Origin: an uncultured Ignavibacteria bacterium
Lineage (GTDB): Bacteria > Zixibacteria > MSB-5A5 > SM1-73
Assembly (NCBI GenBank): GCA_964580215.1
Contig: CAZOJT010000011.1
Span: 5,884 to 69,883 of the forward strand
Reading direction: 5' to 3'
Length of the DNA: 64,000 nt
How positions within the stretch are numbered: position 1 is the stretch's first letter; every line of letters begins with the position of its first letter. The notes under the pieces are model-generated. The model saw only the letters and a program-made list of their open reading frames with translations. It did no database searches and was not told the DNA's origin. The position numbers and the translations under genes were made by a program. This document shows, piece after piece, positions 18,487 to 29,614 of this stretch.

Positions 18487-19053
18487 TCAAGCATTAAATC
18501 GGCTCATGCTATCTTCTAAACCCCAAATTAATGTATTCTCCACCGCGGTGCAAGCTTTTTCGATCATTCTCTCCGCAGTCTCCTTCTGGTCTTGGTCAAA
18601 CTCCCTGAGCACGAATTCCTCCAGATCCATCCCCTGGGATGCCTCCCCAATTCCCATCCTCAACCTGGCAAAATCGATAGAGTTTAAATGATAGATGATC
18701 GATTTCAAACCTTTATGTCCCCCGTCGGTTCCCTTTTCTCTGATCCTGATTTTCCCCAAGGGAAGATTCACGTCGTCACATAAGACTAAAAGATTTTCCC
18801 TCTCTAATCCGAAATGATCCAAGGCGTCCACCACCGCCTCTCCGCTTACGTTCATATAGGTGAGGGGTTTTATCAGAAAAAAGTTCGTTTCTTTTTCCTC
18901 CTCGATTTCACAGAAAAGATAATCTCCTTTCCCTGGTTTAAAGCCTTTGTTGTTTTTGCTGGCTAATGAATCGATTACCCTATACCCCAAGTTGTGACGG
19001 GTGTTCTCATACCTTTCTCCGGGATTTCCTAAACCGACAATCAGGCTCAACAT
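18487..19053 (-). CDS. pth: Peptidyl-tRNA hydrolase
   Basis: LIVGLGNPG..Y..TRHNLG, KPLTYMNVSG, GGHKGLKSI, RLRMGIG. Confidence 0.96.
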   Translation of the reverse strand: MLSLIVGLGNPGERYENTRHNLGYRVIDSLASKNNKGFKPGKGDYLFCEIEEEKETNFFLIKPLTYMNVSGEAVVDALDHFGLERENLLVLCDDVNLPLGKIRIREKGTDGGHKGLKSIIYHLNSIDFARLRMGIGEASQGMDLEEFVLREFDQDQKETAERMIEKACTAVENTLIWGLEDSMSRFNA

Positions 19054-19389
19054 CAAAAGTAAAATCAACTCACCATCAGCAAAATCACACTTCTACGCTT
19101 CATATACAAAACTTATAATAGAACAATATACTCATTTGTCAAGAAAAAGTTTGATTGATTAAAAGAGCCAGTAAGCTAATACAAAAACAAAAAATGCGTA
19201 TGCATCTTCGATAAGTTTACATACCCCCTACCCTAACCCTACCAAAGGCGGGGTTGACCTACAAAACTGAGACAATCCATCTACCAAATTCAACAAAGCC
19301 AATGCCAAGATTTGTCAAATTAAAAAGTTGTTGACCATAACTTATCTTTTGCTTTTGTATTAACCGGAGAAGCTAAAAAAAGTTCTTGT

Positions 19390-20379
19390 TCAAATATGAA
19401 ACTCAACCACGTGCCCGTCTTTTAGGACGAAATCCTTCTGCACCTTCTGTCCGTCGAAAACTCCTTCGCCCCAAACCCGGGCAAATTTTAAGTTTCTGGC
19501 AAAGTCTTTGTGAATTTCCTTGGTCGCATCCAGTAGCGTGCTGCCCACCTTCAAAATAACCGGGTCTTCAAAATCTGCCCTTTTTCCTGGAGTTTTTGTG
19601 TAAACTCTCAATATCTTTAGGGAATCGAAAATGTATCGTTTAAGTTCCTCCAGATTTATCCCTTCTTTGGCAGAGAGGTGAAAGATGGGAAACCTTTGCC
19701 CGTATGACTCCTTCAAAACGCTGAGATTGGTCTCGCAAAGTGGCATGTCACTTTTGTTGCCCAGGATGATGGTCTTCTTATGAGCGATCCCATCCAGAGG
19801 ATTGGTTTCTCCTTCCTCAGGTTCCAAAAGTATCTTATATCCCTCCAGCTTTTTAAACACCGCCTGGGCTTCCTTAAGCATTGCCTCCGATCCCATATCC
19901 ACCACCAGCGATACCAAATCGGCGTTGCGGACAATTCCTGCCAGCCAGGGCTCCATAAATTCAGCGCCGATGGGAGGAGTGTCCACCAGTTGAACCTGAA
20001 TGTTCTCAAAAGGCATCATTCCACAAAGCGGCTTAGAGGTGCTGTATGGATAAGCGGCAACCTCCGGAGTGGCGTTGGTGAGGGATGCTAAAATCTGAGA
20101 TTTTCCAGCATTGGCAGAACCTATCAACACCACCTGAGCCGCCCCCTCTTTTTCCACAAAAAATTGGTCTCCTCTTCGGGCCGCTTTCTTTTTCTGCTGG
20201 ATTTCCTTTTTGAGCTTGGAGATTCTGGCTTTTAAATCCGCCTGAAGTTTGTCCGTGCCCTTGTGTTTGGGCATAATGGCAAACATCTCATGCAGGATTT
20301 TGAGCTTATCCTGTGGATCTTTCGCCTGTCTATATCTTTTTTCAGCCTCGAAATATTGAGGGGGAAGATTCGCCGGCAC
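19390..20379 (-). CDS. DRG/OBG-family GTP-binding protein with TGS domain
   Basis: PANLPPQY, PKHKGTDKL, GSANAGKS, YPYST, QLVDTPP, NKSD, RVYTK, LKDGHVVEFH. Confidence 0.9.
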   Translation of the reverse strand: MPANLPPQYFEAEKRYRQAKDPQDKLKILHEMFAIMPKHKGTDKLQADLKARISKLKKEIQQKKKAARRGDQFFVEKEGAAQVVLIGSANAGKSQILASLTNATPEVAAYPYSTSKPLCGMMPFENIQVQLVDTPPIGAEFMEPWLAGIVRNADLVSLVVDMGSEAMLKEAQAVFKKLEGYKILLEPEEGETNPLDGIAHKKTIILGNKSDMPLCETNLSVLKESYGQRFPIFHLSAKEGINLEELKRYIFDSLKILRVYTKTPGKRADFEDPVILKVGSTLLDATKEIHKDFARNLKFARVWGEGVFDGQKVQKDFVLKDGHVVEFHI

Positions 20380-20612
20380 GAAAACCACTTCCTCTTTATG
20401 GGGACCTACAGATGAACTTACTTTATATTCTTATTCAGACTATTCGCTCCGGGAAGTTAAAAACATAAAATGAAAAATCCAAAGTTAGCCTTTTAGTTGA
20501 AATTATTGCTCAAATTTTTGGATTTTGAATTGCAGTTTTTACTTTTGCTTTTTTAATTTTGAATTTTGCGAAAACCTTGTCGGAATATGCCATAAACTAT
20601 GGGAATCAATTG

Positions 20613-21128
20613 CTAAAACGGATAGAACCTGGCTTCGGTCCAGTAATCCTCTTGCAGAAATTTCTGCTGATTCACCAGCGCTCTTAGATGTTCTCCCTCC
20701 CAACCAGCCAAATAGTTGAATAGCATCTTCACGTCTTTGTCTTCGGTTTCTTGGGCAGACTTTTTGTAAAACTCGATGGAGTCCTTCTCCAAGAGAATTC
20801 CGATGGAGAGGGCGGTCATCTCAAAATGCGCCTGAGAAAGCCTCTGCTTAAATCCTTTGGAAAAAATGGGACTTTCCGAGGTGGTCCCAAGGATATGTTT
20901 CATATCCTTTACCTCGTCAAACTTAAACTCTCCCTTTTCCTTGATGCTCTGGTATAAACTTTTGAGTATTTCCATATGGTTGGTTTCATCTTTAGCTAAG
21001 GAGGCGAAGACCTCTTTTCCTTTAGCATCTTCGGTTTTCTCCTCAGCCAAACGATAGAATTGATACCCATCATTTTCCACCCGTATGGCGTTTTTCACCA
21101 CTTTCAAGAGTTGTTCCTTTTTTTCCAT
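20613..21128 (-). CDS. Ferritin-like / rubrerythrin family protein
   Basis: Duplicated E..G..FY...LAKDETNH and EKDSIEFY...LAGWEGEH. Confidence 0.88.
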   Translation of the reverse strand: MEKKEQLLKVVKNAIRVENDGYQFYRLAEEKTEDAKGKEVFASLAKDETNHMEILKSLYQSIKEKGEFKFDEVKDMKHILGTTSESPIFSKGFKQRLSQAHFEMTALSIGILLEKDSIEFYKKSAQETEDKDVKMLFNYLAGWEGEHLRALVNQQKFLQEDYWTEARFYPF

Positions 21129-21533
21129 TACCGATCTCCTTTATTTATGTCATTCAAACACCTTTAATATAGACGGAATATTCAGGCTGTCAAGTTTGAT
21201 TCAAATATTAAGTAGAAAGGTAAACCAGAATCTAACTTAAGTTAGGTTCTGGTCACACCAACCTTTCATTCAGTGGGGACACCGTATAGGAATTTCCTCA
21301 CATAGCCGAGAGCTGATCGACAAATAAATTCCGGCACGTCAAGCCCCGCCAAAGCGAGATCTACGACTTTAGCTTGACCAAAGTTGTTGTGGGGATCCCG
21401 CCGTTGGCGAGATGGCTCTCCTTCTTAAAGTTACGACAGGGACAAGCATTGTCTCGACGTAAAACTGAAAACCGAAGACCAAGGGTCTGCCTAAGAGCAG
21501 ACACTCCGGGCCACTTTTTCATCAGTAGCAACT

Positions 21534-22574
21534 TCAGAGTTCGAACAATTTCACTTCACCTTTTCCAGCGGTTATCTCACCAATCCGGTAAGCAGTTTCT
21601 CTTAGAGATGAAAGCTGTCGTAAAACTTTGTTCATCTCTTTCTTTGATACCACCAAAACCAAACCTATTCCCATATTGAATACTTTGAACATCTCCTCGT
21701 TTTCGATGTTTCCCATCTTCTGAATGAGCTTGAATATTGGCGGGACTTTCCATGAGTCGGTAAGAATTTTCGCATCACAGTTTTCAGGCAGGATGCGTTT
21801 CAGATTTCCTTTAATCCCCCCTCCGGTGATATGCGCAATCCCTTTGATCTTAAATTTTCCCAGAAGCGGGAAAATTGATGGTGCGTAGCACCGATGCACC
21901 TTCAAGAGTTTCTTTCCCACCGTGGTCCTCAATTCTTTCACGTAATCATTCACACCCAAACGGGCTTTTCTGAAGATCGCCTTTCGCGCCAGCGAATATC
22001 CATTGGTATGCAGACCATTTGATTTTAAGCCGATGATCTGATCACCGGGAGTTATCGTCGACCCGTCGATGATTTTTTTTCTTTCCACCACCCCTAAGAT
22101 AAATCCAGCTAAATCATATTCACCTTTTTTGTAAAACTCAGGTAGCTCCGCAGTCTCGCCACCGATAAGAGAACACCTCACTTTCTTGCATGCTCTGGAC
22201 AAGCCTTTAATAATCTGTTCTATTACATCAGGGGAAAGTTTTCCAATTCCGATATAATCTAAAAAGAACAAGGGTTTCGCGCCATGCACTAATATATCGT
22301 TTACACAATGATTGACGATATCCTCCCCTACCGTGTTGTGTTTTCTCATCATGAAAGCCACTTTCAATTTAGTCCCCACTGAATCCACGCTGGAAACCAA
22401 AACCGGAGATTTATACTCGCCTCTTCTGAAAGCAAAAAATCCACCAAAGCTTCCGATCTCTTTCAAAACATGAGGGGTAAAAGTTGATCTGGCTAAACTT
22501 TTGATTTTTACTGTCGCTCGATCGCCGGCAGAAATATCCACTCCGGAGTTTTTGTAAGTAAGTTTTTTCTTCAT
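21534..22574 (-). CDS. purM: Phosphoribosylformylglycinamidine cyclo-ligase
   Basis: YKNSGVDI, DSVGTK, GAKPLFFLDY, GGETAE, SNGLHTNGYSL, AHITGGG, FNMGIG. Confidence 0.97.
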   Translation of the reverse strand: MKKKLTYKNSGVDISAGDRATVKIKSLARSTFTPHVLKEIGSFGGFFAFRRGEYKSPVLVSSVDSVGTKLKVAFMMRKHNTVGEDIVNHCVNDILVHGAKPLFFLDYIGIGKLSPDVIEQIIKGLSRACKKVRCSLIGGETAELPEFYKKGEYDLAGFILGVVERKKIIDGSTITPGDQIIGLKSNGLHTNGYSLARKAIFRKARLGVNDYVKELRTTVGKKLLKVHRCYAPSIFPLLGKFKIKGIAHITGGGIKGNLKRILPENCDAKILTDSWKVPPIFKLIQKMGNIENEEMFKVFNMGIGLVLVVSKKEMNKVLRQLSSLRETAYRIGEITAGKGEVKLFEL

Positions 22575-22666
22575 TTTTTCCTCGCTTATCAGCTCTCACT
22601 TCTCTGATTAAAAGTTTGATTGAAACAATTTTATAGCAAACGAATTAAATAAATTGACATGATCAC

Positions 22667-22770
22667 TCTCCCCCTTACCCCCTCCCATCAAGGGAGGGGG
22701 TAAATTTATGACGGAGACCCGTCTGGGAAGTCCCCTCTCCCCTTGTGGGAGAGGGTTAGGGTGAGGGGTA
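22667..22770. repeat. CCCCTCTCCC/GGGAGAGGG-type hairpin repeat; related copies near 28480, 29740-29800, 32085-32140
   Basis: ccctctccccttgtgggagagggttagggtgaggg. Confidence 0.65.
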
Positions 22771-22897
22771 TATAAACTTATTTCTTGCGTTTGTATTAGT
22801 TGGATGATGAATCCGAATCACAAACTTACCGTTAAATCATTTTCAGAACAGATCACATTCCTTCTCTAAATCAATACTTCAAATTCTTTCAATAACC

Positions 22898-23560
22898 TCA
22901 CAAAAGCCTTTGGCCGTTTATCTCCAGTTGAAATTTAAGTCCCAGAAACTCTGCCGCCCTTCGACAGACCAGCATTCGAGACAAAAAGATCTCAAAATAT
23001 TCCATCACCTGAGAGATGGAAGTATCGATCTTAATCTCTAAGGTGATGATCTTTTTCTCTTCCTCCACCCGCAAGAAAGAGCTTTTAGCCGCGTAGTTCA
23101 CCCGATCGTGGATGTCCTGTTTGATCATTTCCAGGGTGCGCACCCGGGAACTGTGCACATCCGACTTATCTGCCAAAATCACCGCCGCACAGATGTCAGA
23201 CACCGGTTGACCATCTTTTTCATCATGATTTCCGATGGCGGCTATTACATCCATGACGTTCTCTGTGGGCATCTTCATCGCCGAAAGGATGGAGTGGGCT
23301 AAGATCGCTCCAGTTTGTGCATGATAATCCCGGTTGATCACATTTCCGATATCATGCAAATAGGCGGCAATAGAGGCTAAATGCGCCCGCTTTTCTGGAT
23401 ATTTTAACCTGTCCATGATGTTATAAGCGATGTTTGCGGCTAAGCTGGCATGTCTTTCGCCATGCTCGGTATAACCGATCACCCCTAAGATTTCATCTGA
23501 CTTCTTGATCAAAAGTTTTACCAGTTCGTTTTTTTTGACATCCTCAACCGTTATCATCAA
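22898..23560 (-). CDS. HD-domain phosphohydrolase
   Basis: GYTEHGERH, AYLHDIGN, IGNHDE, ILADKSDVH. Confidence 0.85.
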   Translation of the reverse strand: MMITVEDVKKNELVKLLIKKSDEILGVIGYTEHGERHASLAANIAYNIMDRLKYPEKRAHLASIAAYLHDIGNVINRDYHAQTGAILAHSILSAMKMPTENVMDVIAAIGNHDEKDGQPVSDICAAVILADKSDVHSSRVRTLEMIKQDIHDRVNYAAKSSFLRVEEEKKIITLEIKIDTSISQVMEYFEIFLSRMLVCRRAAEFLGLKFQLEINGQRLL

Positions 23561-23646
23561 TTTTCACCTCTTAAAGAGTTTCTCCAAATTAAAAGTGATC
23601 TCCTCGAACAAACTAAAAGAAAGGTGGATGCAAGTATGTTTTTGCC

Positions 23647-26130
23647 TCAAAGCATATCCATAGGATCCACATTAACAGTTATACGAACCTCTTTTTTCTT
23701 TTTTGCATTTTTCTCCTCCTCCAAAATCTTCCTGATCAAACTGCTTGCATTGGTAATGCTCCTTGTCTTTATCAACAACTGCCAGCGATATCGACTTTTT
23801 ATTTTGGAGAGTGGCGCCGGAGCAGGACCTAAAATTCCCATGCCTTTTTGCTTTCCCGACTTAGCCCTTCGCTTCAGCATGGAAGAGAAACTTTGTGCGC
23901 GGGTGGTGACCCCCTTTAAACTTCTGCTGGAGAAAACCACTAAGATCAAATGATTGAAAGGAGGATAACCTAACTCTCTGCGTTGTTCTAACTCTCTTTT
24001 ATAGAATTCTTCAAAATCATGTGAAGCGGCAAGTTTAATGGTCCATTCTTGGGGATAATAAGTTTGAATTATCACCTCTCCTTCCCGTTTGCCCCTACCA
24101 GCTCTGCCTGCCACCTGAGCAAGCAATTGAAAGGTTCTCTCCTTTGAACGGAAATCGGGCAGATCCAAGCCCAGATCAGCGGAGATTACTCCCACCAGTG
24201 TCACATCGGGAAAATCCAAACCTTTGGTGATCATCTGAGTTCCCACAAGAATGCCAAACTTTTTTTTGCCAAAATCGGAAAGCAGCCTTTTGTGAGCCCC
24301 TTTCTTGAGAGTGGTATCCAGATCCATTCGCTGCATCAGCGCTTTGGGGAAGTCTTTCTTGAGCTCTTCCTCAATCTTCTGAGTTCCTGCTCCCCTGTAC
24401 ATAAATCTGTGACCCTGACAATTAGGACAAAGATCTGGTGCGCTACTATGATAACCACAGTAGTGGCATCTCAAAGAGAAGTCGGTTCGATGAAAGGTTA
24501 AAGTTATGTCACAGCGGGGACATTTTTCGATATGACCACAATCCTGACATTTGACGAACGTAGAAAATCCCCGTCGATTCAAAAACAAAAGCACCTGTTC
24601 TCCTTTTTCCATCCTGTCTTGCAAAAGAACCCTCAGACTGGAGGAGAGAAAATTTCGGTTTCCTTCTTTCCTTTCCCGGGTGAGATCAACGATCTTAACC
24701 TGAGGAAGTTTTTGTTCCTCCACTCTTTCCTTCAACTGGCACAGGGTATATTTTCCCTTCTGAGCATTATAATAAGATTCCAGACTGGGGGTGGCTGAGC
24801 CTAAAATAACCACAGCGTCGTTTAATTTAGCTCTCACAGTTGCGACATCTCTGGCATTGTATCTGGGGGCAGGATCATCTTGCTTATAGGAAGGATCGTG
24901 CTCCTCATCCACCACGATGAGTCCCAGATTTTGGAAAGGTGAAAAAACAGCAGACCTGGCTCCCACCACGATGGGAAGCTCACCATTTCTCACCCTCCTC
25001 CAGGTGTCAAACCTCTCCCCTGCTGACAGCCGGGAGTGAAGACATCCTACCTTTTCCTTAAAGTTAGCCTTAAACCTGGATATAATCTGGGGGGTCAGTG
25101 ATATCTCCGGTACCAGGATCAAAGCCTGTTTTCCGTCTTTCAAGACTTCTCTTATAGCTTCTATGTAAATCTGGGTCTTGCCACTTCCGGTGATTCCGTG
25201 AATCAGAAAAGGGGAGTAAATACCTTTTCCCAAAGTTGCTTTTATTTTCTCCAGGATTTCTTTTTGTCCTTTATTCAAAGACGTCGGTTGTTTTTCTAAA
25301 AGATCCAGCCCCCAATCGCCTTCTCTTATTTTTTCCACTGAGATAAATTCAATCAAGCCTCTTTTTTCCAATCCCTTGAGAGAAGATGCACTGACTTTAT
25401 GCTGGCTTGTAAGCTTTTTCCAGGACAGCTCTCCCTGGTTTTCTAAAAGCAAATTTAGACATTTTGCCTGTGCCACAGATTTCTTTTTTAAAGCCAAAAT
25501 TGCTGATCTCAAAAGTTCCAAATTCTCAGAAGTACTATCAAAATTCTTCAGCCTCACTATCTTCTCATGTTGAATTCGCACACCCGGCCTTCCCAAGCGT
25601 TCGTCGATTTCAATCTCTCCCTTTTTATTAAGGTCATATAGTTCTGCATAGAGACCTTTTGCCTTGAGAGTTCTGGCAAGCCAGGAGAGCTTTCTCTCTT
25701 TGCCGTCAGCTAAAATCTCCAGAATTCTTTTCTGCCGTGCGGAAAGCCTCTTTGCCGATTCGGAGTAATCCTTTAACCTTTGACCTTTGACCTTTCTTTT
25801 CACCCACATCTCACTTTTTAGCATAAGTTCAGACGGAAGAGCCGTCCTCAAGGTTTCACCCCAGGAGCAAAGGTAATAGTCAGAGACCCATTTGGTGAGC
25901 TCAAGCATCTCTCCTGAGAAAAGAGGATAGGGATCCAGAAGGTCTATGATCTCTTTGACATTTGAAACGCTGGCAGTTGCGGTTAGCCCCACCACGAAAC
26001 CGGTCACGATCCTCTTTCTGAGAGGAACTAACACCCTGAACCCCAGATCCATCTTTCCCTCAAGATGTGAGGGAATCCGGTATACAAACGGCTCTGATAG
26101 AGGGAGTGATAAAGCCACCTGGGCGAACAT
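23647..26130 (-). CDS. priA: Primosomal protein N' (replication restart helicase)
   Basis: GITGSGKT, LVPEISLTPQ, VDEEHD.SYKQ, four CxxC zinc motifs, GTQMITKGLDFP, QVAGRAGR. Confidence 0.97.
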   Translation of the reverse strand: MFAQVALSLPLSEPFVYRIPSHLEGKMDLGFRVLVPLRKRIVTGFVVGLTATASVSNVKEIIDLLDPYPLFSGEMLELTKWVSDYYLCSWGETLRTALPSELMLKSEMWVKRKVKGQRLKDYSESAKRLSARQKRILEILADGKERKLSWLARTLKAKGLYAELYDLNKKGEIEIDERLGRPGVRIQHEKIVRLKNFDSTSENLELLRSAILALKKKSVAQAKCLNLLLENQGELSWKKLTSQHKVSASSLKGLEKRGLIEFISVEKIREGDWGLDLLEKQPTSLNKGQKEILEKIKATLGKGIYSPFLIHGITGSGKTQIYIEAIREVLKDGKQALILVPEISLTPQIISRFKANFKEKVGCLHSRLSAGERFDTWRRVRNGELPIVVGARSAVFSPFQNLGLIVVDEEHDPSYKQDDPAPRYNARDVATVRAKLNDAVVILGSATPSLESYYNAQKGKYTLCQLKERVEEQKLPQVKIVDLTRERKEGNRNFLSSSLRVLLQDRMEKGEQVLLFLNRRGFSTFVKCQDCGHIEKCPRCDITLTFHRTDFSLRCHYCGYHSSAPDLCPNCQGHRFMYRGAGTQKIEEELKKDFPKALMQRMDLDTTLKKGAHKRLLSDFGKKKFGILVGTQMITKGLDFPDVTLVGVISADLGLDLPDFRSKERTFQLLAQVAGRAGRGKREGEVIIQTYYPQEWTIKLAASHDFEEFYKRELEQRRELGYPPFNHLILVVFSSRSLKGVTTRAQSFSSMLKRRAKSGKQKGMGILGPAPAPLSKIKSRYRWQLLIKTRSITNASSLIRKILEEEKNAKKKKEVRITVNVDPMDML

Positions 26131-26419
26131 ATGACCTTTCTATTTTGTTCAGTTTGACTTCTCCGACACTTTTTGCAATTTAAAGCCGATTTGAGGGGAT
26201 GTCAAGTAAACAGAAAGACATATCTGCAGATGACAAACACAAATCCCTTGTACATCACGGATGTCTCCTTTATGACGCAAATGTCATGGTAACAAGCCAT
26301 GGCATCCGCTCCAAGGAAGAAAACCGTCTGTCAAAGACTAAACAAAGTTCTTGATTTCACATTTAATTTTACTAAATTTTGTATCGATGGAACTTAAAAG
26401 GTACAAACAGGAGAGTTAA

Positions 26420-26794
26420 ATGAAAATAGGTTTGAAGGAATTTGGTTTCACAGTTGCGGGTTTTATAATCGCTTTTCTTGTTCAGGAATACGCTATCCAA
26501 AGACATGAGCATATAAAGAGAGCCGAAAAAGAAGTTTTAAAACAAAAAATTGAAAGAGAGAATCAAGTTTTAATTAGAAGGCTTGAAGAGGATTTTGAAG
26601 CGTTTAAAGATAGTATTACTCAAGTGTTGATAAAAAAGAAGGAGCAATTTGTAGCGGAACGAGGAGAACCACCAGATGGTTTAAAGCAAGCTATGGAAAT
26701 GAGATTCAACGCAGAAAAAAATAGAGTATTAGCAAAAAAGAGAAGGGAGATAGACCGAGAAATTGAAGATTTGGAGATGCGACTTGACTTCTAG
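26420..26794 (+). CDS. Hypothetical N-terminally anchored coiled-coil protein
   Basis: SD GGAGAG, N-terminal hydrophobic helix, charged helical body; AT-rich. Confidence 0.6.
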   Translation: MKIGLKEFGFTVAGFIIAFLVQEYAIQRHEHIKRAEKEVLKQKIERENQVLIRRLEEDFEAFKDSITQVLIKKKEQFVAERGEPPDGLKQAMEMRFNAEKNRVLAKKRREIDREIEDLEMRLDF

Positions 26795-26940
26795 TATTAT
26801 AGCTACAAACCTTTTCAATAAGAATATTTGTCAACTACCGAATATATACAAATAGTTTCCGCAATTTCTATTGTAATCTTGATTTTTTATTACCCGAAGG
26901 AAAACCGCGCCAGCAAACAGGTGCACTCCGGTTTGCCAAG

Positions 26941-28467
26941 CTAATCAACCCACCGCTGTTCATTTTGTGGGGTGACGATTATAGCTGATTTTCCAGCGAC
27001 GGGGCATTTGGTCTCGCAGATTCCGCAGCCAATACAGAGATCTTCTATCATATAAGGGCGTTTTACCATTCTTTCAGACCCATCAAAATGAATAACCTTT
27101 TCTTCTTTCAACTCAATCGCCTTGGGGGAGGTGGGACAATGTTCCTGGCACACCAGGCAGTTCTCGTTTTTATAAAAGGGGATACAACGGTCTCTATCTA
27201 TATAAGCCAGACCAATTACCGTCTTCTTTTTTGTCTCCAGGTCCAGAATGTGGATTGCATCAGTTGGGCAAACTTCTGTGCACATGGTGCAGTTGAACTC
27301 ACAATAACCATATCGAGCAACTCCAACGGGAGTCCACATCCCTTCCAGTCCCCCTTCTAAGAATGCCGGTTGCAAAAACCTTCCTGAGGTGGAGCATACC
27401 TTTATGCACTCATGACAGCGAATGCACCGATCCAGAAATTCACTCTCCTCCCTTGCTCCCGGAGGCCGGATCAGAAAGACTTTAGAATTTCTGCTTACGA
27501 AATTAGTCTTCAAGATTCCCACCGATACCAAACCAGCCATCACAGAACGAATCAATCTTCTCCTACCCAGATCAAATTTGTATGGCTCAATTTTGCCTTT
27601 GAAGTTAATTGAGGTGACATGCGGTGGGCAATCTTTTACGCAGTCAAAACATTGGATACATTCCACATCATCGGTGAGCCTGAAATCCCTTTTTATGGCA
27701 TCCATCTTACATATCTTCTGGCACACAGCGCAGTCCGTGCAATCAAAGCTAACCCTTCTTCTCCAAATCTGGAACTTAGAGAAGAGAGCAAGAAGAGCCC
27801 CCAGAGGACAAAGGTATCTACACCAGAATCTGCGGGATATAAATTCGGCAATCAAAATCGCCAGGAAGATCAAAAGTACCCACCCGGACATGCGGAAGAA
27901 AGTAAGTTGGTCGGGAAGAAGGGTGGATGAGAAAAAGTTGTGCATTCTGCTCAGTCCATCCTGAAAGGAACTAACCTGAAAAGCCAGACCGAATATTCTA
28001 TTTGATATCAATGTGATAATCGGCCAGATAGAAAGAGTTATAGATCGGGCAAACAAAGCGATGGGATCGAAAAACCAGAAAAGCTGAGAGGAGAAGACGG
28101 CACCAATTAGAAGAAAAATCAGGATCATGTATTTTATGTATTTGAGTTTGGGGTAACTTTTTCCCGCTTTGTTTTTGAAAACGTAGCTGGTTACATCCAG
28201 AGTTGTTCCCAAAGGACAAACCCAACCGCAAAAAAATCTTCCCAGAGGTATGGTAAGAGCCAACACAAAGATTGCCCAGATGAATGTATTTATGAAAGCA
28301 CGGGCGGAAACCATGGCGGAAAGACCGATCAACGGATCCATCCGCAAAAAAAGGTCAACCGGGATTTTGATCTTCAATGGATAGCTGGCTACAAGAAAGA
28401 GAAAGAAAAAGAAAAGAAGAAAGAGAATTTGGGAGATTCGTCTAAGAGTTTTCAATGTGTGCCCCAT
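26941..28467 (-). CDS. Membrane 4Fe-4S binding protein (NapH/MauN-like fused to NapG/MauM-like ferredoxin)
   Basis: FFCGWVCPLG, WCRYLCPLG, multiple CxxCxxCxxxCP, RPPGA, CIGCGICETKCP. Confidence 0.9.
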   Translation of the reverse strand: MGHTLKTLRRISQILFLLFFFFLFLVASYPLKIKIPVDLFLRMDPLIGLSAMVSARAFINTFIWAIFVLALTIPLGRFFCGWVCPLGTTLDVTSYVFKNKAGKSYPKLKYIKYMILIFLLIGAVFSSQLFWFFDPIALFARSITLSIWPIITLISNRIFGLAFQVSSFQDGLSRMHNFFSSTLLPDQLTFFRMSGWVLLIFLAILIAEFISRRFWCRYLCPLGALLALFSKFQIWRRRVSFDCTDCAVCQKICKMDAIKRDFRLTDDVECIQCFDCVKDCPPHVTSINFKGKIEPYKFDLGRRRLIRSVMAGLVSVGILKTNFVSRNSKVFLIRPPGAREESEFLDRCIRCHECIKVCSTSGRFLQPAFLEGGLEGMWTPVGVARYGYCEFNCTMCTEVCPTDAIHILDLETKKKTVIGLAYIDRDRCIPFYKNENCLVCQEHCPTSPKAIELKEEKVIHFDGSERMVKRPYMIEDLCIGCGICETKCPVAGKSAIIVTPQNEQRWVD

Positions 28468-28520
28468 AAGTAACCTTTCCCCCTTCAGTCCCCCTCTCCA
28501 CTTTGAGGCTGTGTCGTAAT

Positions 28521-28602
28521 GTCATTCTGAGGCGTCAGCCGAAGAATCTCGATTTTGTAACTTATTGGAATTATTAGATTCTTCGCTTCGCTCAGAATGA
28601 CA
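28521..28602. repeat. GTCATTCTGAG...CTCAGAATGAC repeat; related copies 38623-38683, 40578-40643, 63120-63184
   Basis: gtcattctgaggcgtcagccgaagaatctc...agattcttcgcttcgctcagaatgac. Confidence 0.75.
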
Positions 28603-28684
28603 ACTGTACGCTTTTAAAGGTTACGACACACCCTCCTTTGGCGGGGGGACTCGGGGAGTGAGATCTTTCAAGAAATTCAGAAAA

Positions 28685-29614
28685 TCACCCCAGACTCACC
28701 CTCTTTATATTCACCTTGCTCAAATCTATTTCACCCAACCCGAATTTATTCGATTTAACCAAATACCCTAAATCTGTCGGCTTAATATTAAAAAGTGTTG
28801 CGCCGTAAGCATCCACGGTGGCGATCTGTGTTCCAGCGATTATGGTCTTTTTCTCCTGCACGTCTTTTAGGCTTCCGCCCTGTGGACCATTTTTTACTAA
28901 TATTCGGTAAGCATCCAGAATGGTTAACTGGGGGCGGACAAAATTTGCCAGATCAGCCAATTTATCATCTATGTTTAAATGTATCTTTCCCCGATCGCCG
29001 CCCATGATTCCCATCAGGTTCTTTATTCCCATAGTTAATCTGGTCAAACCATGATTCTTGGCTATGGGCACGTTTATCAGAACGTCCGCCTCTAAGGCAG
29101 GCTTGTACATGTACCATTGTTTTAACACTTCACCTTCCGGAAACTTCATCTTGGAAAAACCAGCACTCACAACCAGGCTTACATCTGCTCCCGCTTCGGA
29201 CGCTGCCTTTTTTATGCCGGAATTCCGGTAACATCGGGAAGCGGTGTTGCAAGGGCGATCGAACACTTTGACTTTCTTTGCCCCGGATTCCAGACACAGC
29301 TTTATCACCTCCGCCACCACCTGTGGATTGGTATTTGCCGCCTGTTCCGGGCTTCGATCCCAGCCGATGTTGGGCTTGACCACCACCACATCCCCTCTGG
29401 AGACAAATCTCTTCATCCCTCCCAAAAGCTCAATCACCTGGCGGGTCATTGAAGCCGGGTCACCGTCGGTCACCACTGCCAGATCCGGAATTATCTCCTT
29501 TCCCTTGAGAGTTTGAGCTATAACATCCGGCAGCCCAAACTGTGGTAAACTCAATGATACAGCAGTTCCCAAGGATACTTTGATGAAGTCTCGGCGAGTA
29601 ATTTTATGTTTCAT
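28685..29614 (-). CDS. DUF362 domain protein with Tat signal
   Basis: TRRDFIK; VVVKPNIGW, NTNP, INVPIAKNH, LTMGIKNLMG. Confidence 0.9.
   Translation of the reverse strand: MKHKITRRDFIKVSLGTAVSLSLPQFGLPDVIAQTLKGKEIIPDLAVVTDGDPASMTRQVIELLGGMKRFVSRGDVVVVKPNIGWDRSPEQAANTNPQVVAEVIKLCLESGAKKVKVFDRPCNTASRCYRNSGIKKAASEAGADVSLVVSAGFSKMKFPEGEVLKQWYMYKPALEADVLINVPIAKNHGLTRLTMGIKNLMGIMGGDRGKIHLNIDDKLADLANFVRPQLTILDAYRILVKNGPQGGSLKDVQEKKTIIAGTQIATVDAYGATLFNIKPTDLGYLVKSNKFGLGEIDLSKVNIKRVSLG

Noticed and set aside
26885-26940. c-di-GMP-I riboswitch (GGCAAACC on - strand)
   Set aside because: Rest of the consensus is missing and it lies downstream of a gene
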